DNA from: Macrostomum lignano
Taxonomy: Eukaryota
Direction of reading: 5' to 3'
DNA length: 64,000 nt
Assembly (NCBI GenBank): GCA_002269645.1
Contig: NIVC01000692.1
Span: forward strand, 371,950 to 435,949
Below, in pieces: positions 63,512 to 64,000 of this stretch. The translations under genes were made by a program, and so were the position numbers. Position 1 is the stretch's first letter. The number at the start of each line of letters is the position of its first letter. Below the pieces are notes generated by a model. It made no database searches and was not told the DNA's origin. It saw only the letters and a list, made by a program, of their open reading frames with translations.

Positions 63512-64000
63512 AAAGAAATCCAGTCAATCACGCGCCAACTTTAAATGCATTTTGAAAGTTCGGAAGGGGAGAAATATTCGAATAGAAGCTCAGTTGTGAA
63601 AATATACAGAAAAATCCCTAGAAAAGTTTGAGGCAAAATCGGGCATGAAAGTAAATTATCTTAAAAAATGAATCCATTCCAAGTACTTTCTTGCTCTATG
63701 CGATGCTTCTCAACTACCAAATTCAATCTAAGTCTTGAGGGTTTGTTTTAATGATTCGAAAACAGTCAAATGCTTTTATTTCTGTTTCAGCAACTCCCAG
63801 TACCTCCCAAAAGCGGAGATGCACTGGGTCGTGAGATTAGCCACGAAGCAATTCCCCGTGTGTGTCCTGCAGCTTGGAGGGGAAGCATAGGAGTTATCAA
63901 GATGAGACAAACGCAACAGATTTGCTTCCAGTTGCCCCGTGGGAGCCGGCAGAAATAATTTATCTCGAAATCTTTATTAGCGACAGGCCAGGCGGCAGCC

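Overview
Eukaryotic (animal) genomic DNA; no prokaryotic features, rRNA or CRISPR. The intron style, dense minisatellites and retroelement types are most reminiscent of a free-living flatworm such as Macrostomum (inference only). Four spliced genes could be reconstructed by hand: TMEM26 (+, 15168-18323, 3 exons), a phospholipid scramblase (+, 37784-48417, 5 exons, one frameshift in exon 2), a two-domain GAPR-1/GLIPR2-type CAP protein (-, 51805-57029, 6 exons) and the 3' two exons of an NPY/NPF-type neuropeptide GPCR (-, 60309-61339). There are also three probable exons of an unidentified gene (-, 4.8-7.3 kb). About 20 tandem arrays (units of 2-124 bp) account for most long ORFs in the supplied track. 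The most striking structure is a 12.5-kb quasi-palindromic (foldback) insert at 20855-33342. It has ~5.3/5.4-kb arms, a 1.7-kb spacer and an 8-bp target duplication, and it sits inside a smaller foldback MITE with a 3-bp TSD. It carries RTE-RT, RNase H and Tc1 debris but no intact transposase that I could find. Other highlights: a 53-bp array made of ~16 copies of the CAP gene's splice acceptor plus start codon, forming chained ATGA-coupled uORFs; a strongly CpG-depleted block containing a Merlin transposase relic; and a 20-nt match to my recollection of the Macrostomum spliced leader. All coordinates were read by eye; array ends are approximate.
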